From contig NW_025963802.1 in NCBI RefSeq assembly GCF_023055435.1, positions 42,470,001-42,534,000 on the forward strand: a stretch of 64,000 bases of DNA, written 5' to 3'. Of this stretch, positions 42,200 through 55,325 are shown piece after piece. Position numbers and translations under genes: made by a program. The notes under the pieces were generated by a model that worked only from the letters and a program-made list of their open reading frames with translations, made no database searches and was not told the origin of the DNA. This DNA comes from Haliotis rufescens (Eukaryota). Position 1 is the stretch's first letter; the number at the start of each line of letters is the position of its first letter.

Positions 42200-45039
42200 G
42201 TAATCATATTTTAGACATGTTAAATTTATGCTTTCACATTTTTTTGTCTTCAATGAAAAGATTTATTTTAGTTACAATATCACACCTTTGGCTATTGTCG
42301 AGAAATATTGCTGTGAATCCTCTTTCAAGAAAATATATTTTCCCCGAAAATGCATGTCCATATGTAACTGGACTGAAGGAAAGGCTGAATTAGTATTGAA
42401 AATCATGAGTTTATTTACATACTTACGTAACACATTAATGAATTGAACAGATATTTGCAGATACAATCTGGCTTGAAAGAATATTTTGGGAACAAACAAG
42501 TGAAGAATCCTCACTTGCAAATACAAAACGCCATTGCAAGGGAATATCCAGTCTTAATTGGCTCATCATAGATTAATGCAACTGAGATTATTATGAAATT
42601 TGGGGAATTAAGTCTACAAGCAGAAACTTCGACCCAGTTCAAGTGAATATAAAACGTCAATGCAATGGAATAACCAGTCTTGATTTGATTATTCATTGAA
42701 AGATGCTACTGAGCTTATGATTAAACTCGGGGACTTTAGTCCACCAGCAGAAATATCGATCCCGACAAGACATCTAACAAATGTGGGTTCATCTTGTTAT
42801 AATTAATTAAGATATCGGTTTGAGAATGTTTTGGTCAAGGTCCAAGGATTTTTCCACTAACTCGATGTACTAATGTATTCCTGTCATAGATACGTGGTCA
42901 ACCGGATTTGGGAAGGTCACGTGTTGTCCCATGTGTCTGATAATGGTTCCACAGTCTTATAATGGTGCTTGGTGATACGTGGAAAAACTTGGTTAAAGCT
43001 GAAGATGATTCTCATGTTTGTAGTAGGTCGATGGCGTTGTTGCATTGGACTTCGGTCATTCGTGGCATGTTTTTTGCTGTTGGCTCGTTGTAAGATTGTG
43101 ATGACATGCAAATGAAAACTCAACGTTTTCATAGCCCAACAAGTGATGTTGCAAGTGCTTGTCATATTGGTGTGTTTCGGTGCCAGACTCTCACATTGTT
43201 CTTTTTTTGCGATTTTTCTATCTTTTCACTATATTTCTGCAGTACCTCATTCTTTCCACACAAATCCATGCAGAAATGACCAATTCGTTTATGGTATTAC
43301 ATTTGTATGGATTTTGGCAACACTATATTAGATAATTACGATTTAACTACTTTTGCGGGGTCGTTTTTGCAGATTACATATAACATGGCCTTTTTAAAGG
43401 AATATTATGTATATTTTTCATTGTTGAAAAGTCACATAACATTTTCGCATGGAAATTCAATGACTTGCACGTGAAACAAAACTGCAACCTCACATCGTGT
43501 TAAGTTTTGTAACCCACTGTTTTCCTACTGAGCCACCAGGGCATTGTTCTATTTTACATGCCTAGACTTCAGATGTGTGCATGCTGCACATTTATCAAAT
43601 TTCTTTCATACTGCCACCTACTGTTTTGTTAAACTATAAGGTATGCTGGTGTTTTCTTTTAATTTTCTGGTATTTCTTACATTTACACAGTTCATAAGTT
43701 GAATAAAATACTCCTCGGTTTTGGTTGAAGATGTAAAACCTCGAGCTCGGGAAAAGCCCTTGCTCATTTTCAACCTAAACCATGTGGTTTATGCTAAACA
43801 TAACACTACATGCTGAGGTATCCTCCGAAAACAACTTCATGTCTTAAAGAACAAAGTTAATGGTCCAGTGGACAGATAATTCCCTGCCTGTTCCCTTTAT
43901 CCCCGAATGTAGGAGACTTACAACATACAAATACAAAAACACTGAATAATTAAAATAGAGTTGTGTTTTCATGAGTCAGAAGATTTTTCTTTAAACATTT
44001 AAAAAAACATACATGTACATGATATGTAACACGTTTGAATGATCATTAAACTAAAAATGTTTGCAATGTGAGTAGCAAGTCAAGCAAGTTGTTGTTGCTT
44101 TAAGTGGGGTCTTTAGCCTTCTCAATAGTTTGCAAACCTCTTAGCCCTGCCTGCTGGATGTATGGAGTATATGCACTGAAAAGAGAGTCGGTGATTTCAA
44201 CCAGAAGAGGCACTATAAAATGGGATAACTTAACCAAAAGCTCCTGACATTTTTAAAAACATGCACGTTAAGACCAAAACGAAAACAGAAAAGTTGTAAA
44301 TTTTCTTGAACTTATACCTGCAATACATGATTGAATGTGGAATGCGTTTCATCTCACTAAACTGTTTTCAATAATCATATCTCCGATATCTTAAATTTAA
44401 CTGAGCTAAAATTCATATATTGTTACTGGCAAACATCACGATGGTAAATTAATTTTTTTTATTTCCATTAGCGTTTGAAATTTTTACAAAGATTTAGTTG
44501 TTTTGGCGACTCTCCATTTTGAAGAAAGCTAAGACAAACAAAAGACAAAGTAACTACCTTCCTACCTGTTCATTGAAATGGTATCGCTAACAGATACCCT
44601 ACTTTGCAGACATACGTCAATAAATTAAAATGATAATTCAACTTGAGTTTCTCTATATTTTTATTCTGCCATGCATATATTGATATTACAACTGACAACA
44701 CACACCATCCAACATACCGATTTTTTCTGTCACATGCATTACTTCTCCATTCTGAAGCAATCTCAGCTACAACAATGTTGTTATCTTCTCTGTGAGTGAA
44801 AAGCAGAAATTCTCTCACCATCATGTGCAGCTGTCCAGGGGCCTTGCAGTTGAACTTTAGATTTTTTAGTACACAGCCTGCGGATGGTGTGGTTCTGTGA
44901 CGACAGAGGGCGCTATCTACTTGAGGGAAGGATGGGAAGGATGTTGCAGCAGCATCGTGATGCAGAAGTCCTTCGTTCTACAGTGTTGACAATGGAGTTG
45001 ACGGCAGTGGTATTTCTCTATGGGTGGTTGTTGGACAAC

Positions 45040-45190
45040 AGGTTCTCATCAGGTGCCAACATTGAAATCTTCCCACTCCATGTCCTATTGATGCATCTCC
45101 AGAGATTGCAGGTCTGGAGGACAACATCTGAAATCTTCCCACTCCATGTCCTTAAAAAGCATCTCCATGAGTGCAGGTCTGGCTGCCAAC
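45040..45190. repeat. Left part of a 63-66-bp minisatellite
   Basis: CAACATTTGAAATCTTCCCACTCCATGTCCT units shared with 48197-48795. Confidence 0.85.
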
Positions 45191-47264
45191 GTTTATTTAT
45201 CTGTCTGCTTTAAATATGTTTCTTAAAGACTGAAAACAGAAGGTTTAACATCTTGTACCAACAACTGTACTGTATTAAAATTGGTCATAGGACCTCTGCA
45301 GATCCACTGAATTAGTTGGTAGTTAGTGTTCATATTACAGGAGGTGGCAGTACAGGAGATCTGTTTCTTGCCCGAGGCGAATGACTATTCCTTCGCGTTC
45401 CGGGATGAGGTGTGACATCCATGTCCTCTAGAATCTGAAATTTGTTGAAAAGTTGGACAGGATCACGTTGACCTTTTGGTATTCGATCAGATTTCTGTGA
45501 ATAGTTGAGTGTCTTGCTGGCATTTACCACAGTGGGAGATGGCGAACGAGATGTTGAACGAGACGGTGATTTGGATGGAGAGTTTGTTTGGGTAGATGCA
45601 ACAGACTGAGTATCGAGAAGTGAATATTCCTTATTCTTAACCCAGGTGATGTCCGTCTGGCATTCAACAGAGTGAACAGATTTGGAGCTTTTTTGAGGTG
45701 TACGTGCAACGGCTGCTGAATATGATACAGCTGCAGTTGGAGTGATAGATGACATTACGAAATGTTTGGCATCTGAAAAGAAATATTCCTCTAATGTTTC
45801 ATATTTACTATCTGGTGTTGTAGTTGCCAGACAGGACTGGATTTTGAAGATGCAACATGATCTCCAAAGCAGTTAGCACATTTCGGATCGTTTGAGCAGT
45901 CTAATGTATCATGGTCAGTGTTTCCACTCGAGGTGACACTTCTTTCTGTTGGTACATGATTGGGCACCAAGCCCAAACTTTCGACATGAGTAACACCGGA
46001 GTGGATTCGGTATGTCCTTGTCCACACCAATATTACAATACCCTGCTTTGACGGATTTTGGTGGAACCGAAACAGAAAAGGTAAAGAGATACGTGTTTAG
46101 CTTTTCAGTTTGACCGTTCTGTCTCTTGCTAAATCGTTTGACACCTGTTACACCCTGGTCTTTCAGTTCAAAAACTATATCATCTTCAGACATGTCTGAA
46201 AGACAACGTTCCCGGTCCCTGACAACGCCTTTAGAACTGTTCAGTGATTTGTGCGCTGATACAGTAACTGGCACAGAAATGTTTAACAGCCAACAGCGTA
46301 GCTGATTGTGAAGCAGATTTACATTCAACTAGTATTTTTTTCATGGTCACGAAATCTCTAGCAATACCATATATTGCTTTGGAAAGAGCAAAGGGATTTA
46401 TCTTCAAAGGTCAATCATCAGATGCTGAGATTAACAAAAATCGAGACCAAAAGACCTTTTCTTTGAAACAGTATCATCATCAGATGTACTATCATCTAAC
46501 GTACGTTTTAGTTGTTTTGGGGGTATCATGGTAAGTGTATAGAGGTTCATCGGCACAGCTCCCCACCCACCACGGAGTATCAATAAGACAATGCAATACG
46601 CCAGTGGGTCTCCGACTGACAGCACCAAGGATACTTGGGCGGTATACTCAAGCAGAAGTATTAATGCAAGAATAATAGATCTACCGGATTGGCCCATGAG
46701 TCACCGCCTTCTGGGCATATTTGACTCTAGGCAATGATTTGTATTCATTTTTTTCAACATATTGAAATTTAATGAACTGAGTGACCAAAACCCCAAAATA
46801 TACAATTAAATATAACATTTATGTGTAAAACAAATATACTTCACATTGCAATTAACCATTATAAATTCAATGAATTTGTCTAAGTTGAAAACAGATTAAT
46901 TGCAACTGTTGACATATCGTAGTTTGTTCAATTTTGTACAAGACAATGTTATTGCACGGGGCTTGGTGTGACCAGCCGATTGATAGAACCGGGCCAATTC
47001 TACCACCCGTCTAGGCGAGGTAAGGGTCGAAGTGGTGTATTGGGCAAAGAAACGCTATTCCTGGAACCAGTGCCCTCAACCACCAGACTACCGTCCTCCG
47101 CCGACACAGGGGCGCAACCCACGGCATACAGGTTGCCCAATTCGGTCGCCTTTTACGACCAGCAATGGGGTGCTGTGGACATATTCTACCCCGGGTCCAC
47201 ACAGGGGAAGAGCTATTAGCGCTATCCAGCACTCACCACGTGGAGGTTGCTCTTCACGAGTGCC
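45191..47264 (-). mobile_element. I/Nimb-like LINE 5' half (5'UTR, gag-like ORF1, start of APE ORF2), nested in a related element
   Basis: HKSLNSSKGVV, IPNPLRCYSCRKFG, CANCFGDH zinc knuckles; ORF2 start IQWICRG..L*ETYLK; 3' truncated. Confidence 0.9.
47207..47264 (-). ncRNA. HDV-like self-cleaving ribozyme (minimal P4)
   Basis: GGCACUC-GU-GAAGAGC-A-ACC-UCCACGU-GGU-GAGUGCU-GG-AUAGCG-CUAAUA-GCUCUUC fits P1/P2/P3/P1.1 with a G1-U wobble and catalytic C. Confidence 0.85.
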
Positions 47265-48196
47265 ACGTAGTGAAGATGATGGCGGAATATAAAGTGAACA
47301 CAAAGTGACCACAATATGCAGCGTAACACGAACTGCAACTGCCTGAAGAGGGGTATTGAGCGGAACAGGGCTCTGAATGGTGCTTCGACGCACCAAAATA
47401 GACGATCCTCCAGAAGCCTTCTCACCATTTCTCTTGGAAGAAAAACGTTTGACAGCAATTACATTTTGGCTTCTTAGTTCATCTAAAATGTCATTCTAAG
47501 TCATATCAGCGAGGAATCGGCCTCTGTCGCGCACAATTCCCTTACTGCTGTTCAGGGACCTATGCGGGGAAACAACAACAGGAACATTAGCAAGGGTCTT
47601 AATAGAGAGAAGACTAACTGCTTGCTTGTGTCGCAAACATCCACTGCATAATCTGTTTGCATCTTCAACATCACCAGCTGTGCCTTGTATAGCAAAGGGA
47701 TTAAGCTTTGGAGGAGTGTCGTCCAAAGGAGAAATCATCAAAACTCGAGGCCAGTTTTCAAATGTAACAGGGGGAGTCCGTGGACTATCATCCTCAGTAT
47801 CAAAACCATCATGTGAATCATGAGAACGTTTTTTTCATTGGGGGTTCCATGTTGGCAGTTATTTTGATTCACCCTCTTGGGTCCCCACCCACCATGGAGT
47901 GTCAACAATGTCATGTGCCTGTGGGTCTCCGACAGGCGACACCAAGGATGCCAAGAAGTTTTACTCAAGCGGAATTATTAATCGAAGATCAATAAATCCG
48001 CCTTCTGGCACTGGCATCTAGGCAAATTTGGAATTTATCAAGTTGTGCAAAAATCAATATTCATGTTTATTCAAACATTTCTGTCATAAATTCAAAAAAT
48101 TCAAAAAGGACATATTCCACCCCGGGTCCACGAGGGGGGAAGAGCTATAAGCGTTACCCAGCACTCACCAAGGGGAGGGTGCTCTTCACGAGTGCC
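47265..48196 (-). mobile_element. Second I/Nimb-like LINE 5' fragment (deleted ORF1, APE piece)
   Basis: KLNPFAI..PHRSLNSSKG; LNTPLQAVAVRV..CSLYIPP. Confidence 0.88.
48139..48196 (-). ncRNA. Second HDV-like ribozyme copy (P3 mismatch)
   Basis: GGCACUC-GU-GAAGAGC-A-CCC-UCCCCUU-GGU-GAGUGCU-GG-GUAACG-CUUAUA-GCUCUUC at the exact element 5' boundary. Confidence 0.75.
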
Positions 48197-48795
48197 GCCA
48201 ACATTTGAAATCTTCCCACTCCATATAATTATATGAAGCATCTCTAGTGAGTACAGGTCTGGCTGCCAACATTTGAAATCTTCCCACTCCATAAAATTAT
48301 GATGCACCTCCAGTGAGTGCATATCTGGCTACCAACATTTGAAATCTTCCTACTCCATGTCCTAATGATGCATCGCCAGTGAGGGCAGGTCTTGACGACA
48401 TTTGAAATCTTCCCACTCCATGTCCTAATGACGCATCGCCAGTGAGGGCAGGTCTGGAGGACAACATTTGAAATCTTCCTACTCCATGTCCTAATGATGC
48501 ATCGCCAGTGAGGGCAGGTCTTGACGACATTTGAAATCTTCCCACTCCATGTCCTAATGACGCATCGCCAGTGAGGGCAGGTCTGGACGACAACATTTGA
48601 AATCTTCCCACTCCATGTCCTTATGATGCATCGCCAGTGAGGGCAGGTCTGGAGGACAACATTTGAAATCTTCCCACTCCATGTCCTTATGATGCATCGC
48701 CAGTGAGGGCAGGTCTGGACGACAACATTTGAAATCTTCCCACTGCATGTCCTAATGATGCATCGCCAGTGAGGCAGGTCTGGAGGACAACATGC
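48197..48795. repeat. 63/66-bp minisatellite, about 9 units
   Basis: Direct repeats with partial 129-bp dimer structure. Confidence 0.95.
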
Positions 48796-49699
48796 CTTCT
48801 ATAAACAACCAACGTGGAGAACCTGAGATAAAGGTTTCTTTGAAGAGAGAAAGTCCACCACCTTCTGAACGCCAGCCATGCGTATACTGTGCCGTGATTT
48901 CACCATATCATTATAGATCAATATTGTAATAACATCTCCACTTAACGTAAAAGAGTTTACTCAGTTATTGCTATTCTCATTGTTTAAGAACATATTTAAA
49001 TAAATTTTAGTTTTTTTTATATCAGTTCAGTCTTGTTACTAAGTGCTTGTTTACGAGCCATTCGTGAGTCTACTGAAGTCTTTGATAGGCATTTGAATTT
49101 GGGAGAACATGAATACATGACACTTTTTATGGATAACAACTTCTTTTTTTCTTTGTCACGTTTCAGAGCTACTTCTTGCTCCTTCATCAGGTGAATGCTA
49201 ATTATTGTATGTACTTATGTACCCAGGTTAATTGGGATGTGACGACCACATGGTGACTATGATACGCTGTCACAATATGCCCTCAGTAAAGATAAGGTTT
49301 ATATCAATTGAGACAAAGTGCACATACCCTCTCACCAGGCAATACGTCCTTATAATACCATACAATGTATATTGTTCAGCAAATTAACGCTCTCCCACTT
49401 TACACTGACAGTAACATTCCCAAAACACACCCGATGACTAAGTAAAAATACCCAGGGATGTGTATCATATTGATATGCCACACCCAATTGTGAGGACAGG
49501 TTGTGAATTGTTTTTGTGTAGAAATCGTTCAACATCTGATATTGATGTATGTACTTCATAATTCTTTAATAAAAGTATATTTTCATAAATACGAAATACA
49601 CACAGAATAGTTATTGTGGTTTGCTACATGAAGTATTGTCATAAAATATTTAAGCTTGATATATTGAATTCCTTTTTTATTTGTATTTGTTGCTGAAAG

Positions 49700-50216
49700 A
49701 TTCCGAAGGTTGAAAGAATGATGTTACCGTGTGGCCAAGGAAAAGAAGCTTCTCGTAGTAAGAGGGGGTTTGCAACTGACATAAAACAACATGGAGATAT
49801 ATCATTTGTGATGGAATCAGGTGCTGCAGTAGCTGAAGGCCGAAGTTTTACTGTGAAAGTATACAAGGAAAGCATAGTAAGTCTGGCACTGGATGTTATT
49901 GTCAATGGGGCAAATGGACAGTTATCACATATAGCAGGTGTTGCTCGAAGCATTGCAAGGGCAGCTGGTCGGCAGCTGGAGTATGAAGGGAACAGCATTG
50001 TTCTACAGAGGGGAGACATTCCAGTAACAGATCTTGCTGTGACAAACTCAGGCAAGCTACCATGTAAGTGGGTTTTCCATGCAGTTGGTCCCAGGTGGAG
50101 GAACTACACCGACAAGGAGAGTTGCCTGGAGGATTTGTGCTGCACCATTCTCAGATGTCTCTGTGAAGCTGTCAACAGATCTTTTGAAACCATTGCATTT
50201 CCATCAATAAGTTCAT
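49700..50216 (+). CDS. Gene 2 exon: macrodomain 1 (PARP9/14-like), N-terminal ~80%
   Basis: VKVYKESIV..DVIVNGANGQLSHIAGVARSIARAAG..TNSGKLPCKWVFHAVGPRW..TIAFPSISS; T|gtaagt donor; acceptor at 49699 is less certain. Confidence 0.9.
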
Positions 50217-50289
50217 GTAAGTTAAACTTATAGTCTACAACTTGTTTTTCCAATGAGAAAAGATGAGGTATGATGAGAGCCCTTTTGGC

Positions 50290-51720
50290 TGAAAGGGTAC
50301 ATATTATTTGTGAATAGAGCAGAACAAAGCATGATGAAACTGTGTACAACAATGGCATGTTTGGGACGTATAATAACACTAAATGCTTGGGTAAGGTTAA
50401 ACTCTCTCAAAAAGAGCTGAGTTTAGAGGTTTTCAGAAAGAGTTTTTCTACTATTTGAACTTGAAAAAGTCTTTGTCCCAAGATGATTTTCTTGGGAGAT
50501 GTTGATAAACACAGCACAAATATGGGGTAAAAACTCATGCCAGAATAAAAATTGATGGATTGGGTGGTCAGGCTCAGTAGCTTGGTTTATTGCATGTCCT
50601 TGTGCCCCTACAGTTTGGATCGTTGCTCATGTCATTTACTGGTTATATTGCTGCATGCAGCATTAAGCAACAAACACACAAACTTGACAATACGTTTAAC
50701 ATACAATTAAAAATTCTATCAAATCTATCAATTTGACCATCACAAGTACTGGCAATGATTTTTCATTTGGATGCTGAAAAAATTAAGATTTAAAAAATGA
50801 GAAAATATTGTGTTATCGATTTCTTCCACATGCCCCGGTCCACAACTTCATATTCCTCAACCAATATTTTCTGACAATCATGATGTAAAACATGTATATG
50901 TCCTCTGTGTCCATTTGTCCGACAATATTATGTCCTGGAACAACTGAAATTGTGTAAAAGGGTACATATTATTTGTGAAAAGAGCATTACAAGGCATGAT
51001 GAAACTGTGTACAACAATGGCCTGTTTGGGACGTATAATAACCTAAAATGCTTGGGTTAGGTTAAAATCTTTCAAAAAAGGGCTGAATTTAGAGGTTTTC
51101 AGAAAGAGTTTTTCTACTATTTGAACTTGAGAAAGTCTTTGCCCCAGGCGGATTTTCTTGGGAGATGTCGATAAAAACAGCATAAATATGGGGTAAAAAC
51201 TTAGATTTTCTCTTGAAGTTTGTATTAGATCATGCCAGAAGTAAAAACATGTTAGTGTAAGAAAGAGGAATGCTTTTCATACCAATATTTCAAATTTGTC
51301 CACAACTTGAACCTTTGACCTTTTCAGTGAGAAAGAGCCTGCATTATGCATTGTGTTCTTTGACAATTATCATCAACTTATAGACAAATCATATGCAAGC
51401 ACTCATCACATTCAAGAGTTCACTAAATTCATCACTATTATTAAGGCAAACACAGTTTACAACTCTTCTTAGACTCTTGACATGCCCCTGATGAGATGCC
51501 AGTTTAGAATCTGTTGGTAATGAGGGCGACTTGATGGATTGGGTGGTCAGGCTCAGTGGCAGTGGCCCCTACAGTTTGGATCGTTGCTTATGTCATTGAT
51601 TGGTTTTGTCTGACTTGATTATTGACAGGCCGCTGTCATACAGCTGGAATATTGCTGCATGCAGCATAAAGCCACAAACACACTAACTTGACAATACGTT
51701 TAACATACAATTAAACATTT
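50290..51720. repeat. Intronic duplication (50290-50720 vs 50955-51720) including SINE fragments
   Basis: AAAGGGTACATATTATTTGTGAA..TATGGGGTAAAAACT and GATGGATTGGGTGGTCAGGCTCAGT blocks each occur twice. Confidence 0.88.
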
Positions 51721-52269
51721 CTATCAAAAACAACTCATAATGGACTAATAACATCTAAAATGGTTAAGTTTGAAACAAAATGTTTAAACAGTCAGTTTTA
51801 ACAAAATGTAACAGGATAATATCCTAAGACTGCATTGTGTCATAATCTTATTGTATATACAAATGTACTAGCAATGGTCAATGATACACTAAACTATAAC
51901 AACACAATTTGTGTGGCTACACGTAATGGTTCATTTTGTTAAAGGGAAAATATTGTCAATATTAAGCATTTTAAAATGATCAATGTATTCTTGAAAGGAA
52001 CGTGGGCCACAACTAAAGTAAAATATTAAGTTTCATATCAATAAACACATCATTTATCAGTCTTGTAATCATAAAGCTCAATTAAGATCAAAATATCAAA
52101 GAGCAATTGTACTTTTTTCATTGCAAAATGAACATTTATTTTGAATTTGTATAGCTGCAACATTTATGCAGAATTAGTGTTTCTGTCAGCTGTAATCAAG
52201 ATAGATATATAGATAGATAGATTCTTTTTTAATCACATGAACTATAGTCATTATTATGATGCAGTTATC

Positions 52270-52510
52270 TGTTGGTTTGTTGTTTTACACCGCACTCAGC
52301 AATATTCCAGCTATATGACGGCGGTCTGTAAATAATCGAGTCTGGACCAGACAATCCGGTGATTAATATCATGAGCATCAATCCACGCAATTGGGATCGA
52401 TGACATGCATCAACCAAGTCAGCGAGCCTAGCCATCCGATCCCGTTAGTCGCCTTTTACGACAAGCATGGGTTGCTTAAGACCTATTCTACCCCAGATCT
52501 TCACGGGTCC
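52270..52510 (-). mobile_element. Near full-length non-tRNA-head SINE (RUDI/V-SINE-like)
   Basis: Head GACCCGTGAAGATC..GTAGAATAGG..GTCGTAAAAGGCGAC; multiple fragments elsewhere in the window. Confidence 0.8.
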
Positions 52511-55325
52511 AATTATCTGTAAAACATATCAAGTATGACATTTTACATATTTTAAGTTATAGTTGATAAATTTCTGTTTTGTGTACTTCCTTTGTGCAAA
52601 AGTTTAAAGTGCAAGTCTCATGGGTATATATACAACTTTGCAGATTTGGATAGATCGTAAATGCAAATAGCGTATTCAAAACATCGAAAGCAGCTCTTAA
52701 TTAAGGTTAATTTGCACTCTTTTCTTGTTTAGCAATTTCAAAGGCTGAAACAAACATATGGTGGAGGCGGAGCCTTTATATACACAGGCTCCATATATGG
52801 TCCTATTGGGGGAAACTACCTCCAAAATAACATGCTTGATCGCACAGGCTACCTCCAGCATTTCACACTTGATCGTGTGACTTTAAATTAACTCACTCAC
52901 TCCCACTTGATCGAACAAGACCACTGCTCCGTTCGGACACTAGCAGGCAATTTACATCACAATATTCGGTGAGAAAACTATGTGCAAAACATGCTATTTC
53001 TTCGGTTGCGTTTATTGTTTGCATTACAAACATTGACACTAGTTTACGAGTTATTATGGACAGTGAATGTTTCTCAGAAGATGAATTGGTGATTTGTGCG
53101 AAAGAAGTACAACTGAACCCCTACCTGTGACCGACAATAGTGACGAAAATGATCAGGATGATTCCCATCTTGGAAACATGGATGACAAGTGATTGCAAAA
53201 CACAGATTAGTTTGTTTGCTTTGTTTATTTCCTCCAAATCACAGTATCCCGTTTGTGTCTTGAAATAGCACATAAAAGATGAAGTGACATGTCATAGACT
53301 AAGTAAATCCGTGTTGCTAACATGTTACATTAGATTATTCACATGGCTGAGTGATTTATGATACCTGGACTGACTGCACGCATACTTTACGCAATAATCT
53401 CCTGCAGTTGCATGTGACATAAGTGGCAGTAGGTGAGATTAGCACTAACTGGCTACAACAATCAATCAATCTCTTTCTTTAGAATGGCACATATTGAGCT
53501 GGGGTGGAACCTGCGCCCCCAAAATTCTAAAATTGAAAGGAAAATATCTTGCAATGTTAATATTATATAATTTGTGTTAAATCAAGGTTACTTGACGCGC
53601 CCGCCACTAGTCAATCGGTTGACATATGTAGAATCCATATCAGTGTTCAGTATAGACACCATAGGTCTCCCCACAACTAATGAAACCATCATGAATATTC
53701 TGTACCAGGCTGGTTGTAGCACCCAAACAGCTTACAGGCCTAGCAGGACATTAGGCCATGCCTTCTTGTTCGTGCTTTTAAGATTCGGTTGGGTTGTTAG
53801 AAATACAGACCTCAAAATATGTACTTTGATTCAACTTAACAGTGCTGTTTTCACACTTTTTCTCTTGGCCATTGTAGTGTATGTAGCAGGGCTACATAGT
53901 GATGTTAGGAAAAATTTTATTGCTATTTTTTCATGATACTTGCACTTTAAGATAATCCAAATTTTGAATACTGCAGTCAGGTCTAATATTACATGACTGA
54001 TATGTGTTCAGTTATTTGATGGTACTGATCAGATCTTGTTAGCAATGATTTACAATAAATCTTCAGGTGAGTAAACCTTGATTTCAAAGCCACATTTTGA
54101 ATACCAGTATATCTGCATTGACGGTCAAAACCTTCTCACTTGACATCTATTTTTTAGTAGTAGCCTGCAACCTCGGGGTATCGCGGTACTTGTCATGTAC
54201 GCTAAACGGAACAAAATGCACTCACTAACCTTTATGATTATTTGTGTTCTCTGTATCAGATATCATTCATGTGATCAAACAATGCATATTTTACTGATAA
54301 AAGTTCATTATTTACATCAGTAGCTCCGAGTAAAAGCCGGGCCTCGCGCTCTGTTTGACAAGGTAGAGAACTCCATCGTATCGCGGTACAGAGAAAAGTT
54401 GTGTATGGAGGTCCGAATTGGACAAAAAGAGGACATAATTCTACCAACCACTTGGTATGATCATGCCAGACATCAGTGATTTGTCCAGACAAGTGCAAAG
54501 ACAGCACAAGTAAAATTCTAAATGTGTTATCAGCAATAGGTATTCAATGCATATTTACCGAAAAGTAAGAGAAAAATATTTATATAAGTCAACATCAAAA
54601 TATCAGAAATGATATTTTAAGATTGTTTAAAAAAGATTGGATGACAATAATTTGTCACAAAATGGAAAAATGTTAAAAGTCAACAATAAATATATAAAAA
54701 GCACTCCTAGTATGCCCAAAGTGTGTATTTATCTTTTGGTGACTAGTGAAGAACGTATTTTTAATTTTGGCATTATGGCCCTTATGATCTCCCAATAGAT
54801 TCTGGGCACCGAGCGGGAAAAAATGTGCGGACTACGTAACTTCCGTTACCTCATTAGTCGCCATGAATATGCAGATGATCTAGTTCAGGTCGATAGAGAA
54901 AGTTTACTTGGGGAACTGCGGGTTATATCGTTGGCCATTGATAGATGGGGGTAAGGCAATATTACAACAGATGCCAGAAATATGTATCAACGGATTAATA
55001 ACTCCTTACTTACAGCAGACAGAACATTGCGAGGAAATTGAAATTGTTTACGAAGTGAGCACTTCCTGGTTACTGATTTGCATTAATAGACAGCCGCTAA
55101 GAGGCGTGTCCCGCGTGAACTATCGGAAATCACAAATGCCGCGATACGATAAATGCCGCGGTACCATGGGGTCCGAGTATATAGGTAATGATGGTTCTGG
55201 ACCACTTCCACTGGAGTCAGATTTATATACAAATACTGCTACTACAGATGGAATTTTTTATGCAAAAATGATCATGCGATCCAACGATCGCATGAAGATC
55301 AAGTTAAATTGGCTCTAGCTCACCA

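Noticed and set aside
45185-48206. GCCAACRTTT as TSD of the LINE nest
   Set aside because: The left junction is a 3'-truncated ORF2 without a tail and the motif recurs in every minisatellite unit, so a TSD cannot be asserted
48297-48748. Repetitive-protein ORFs
   Set aside because: By-product of 63/66-bp repeat units being multiples of three
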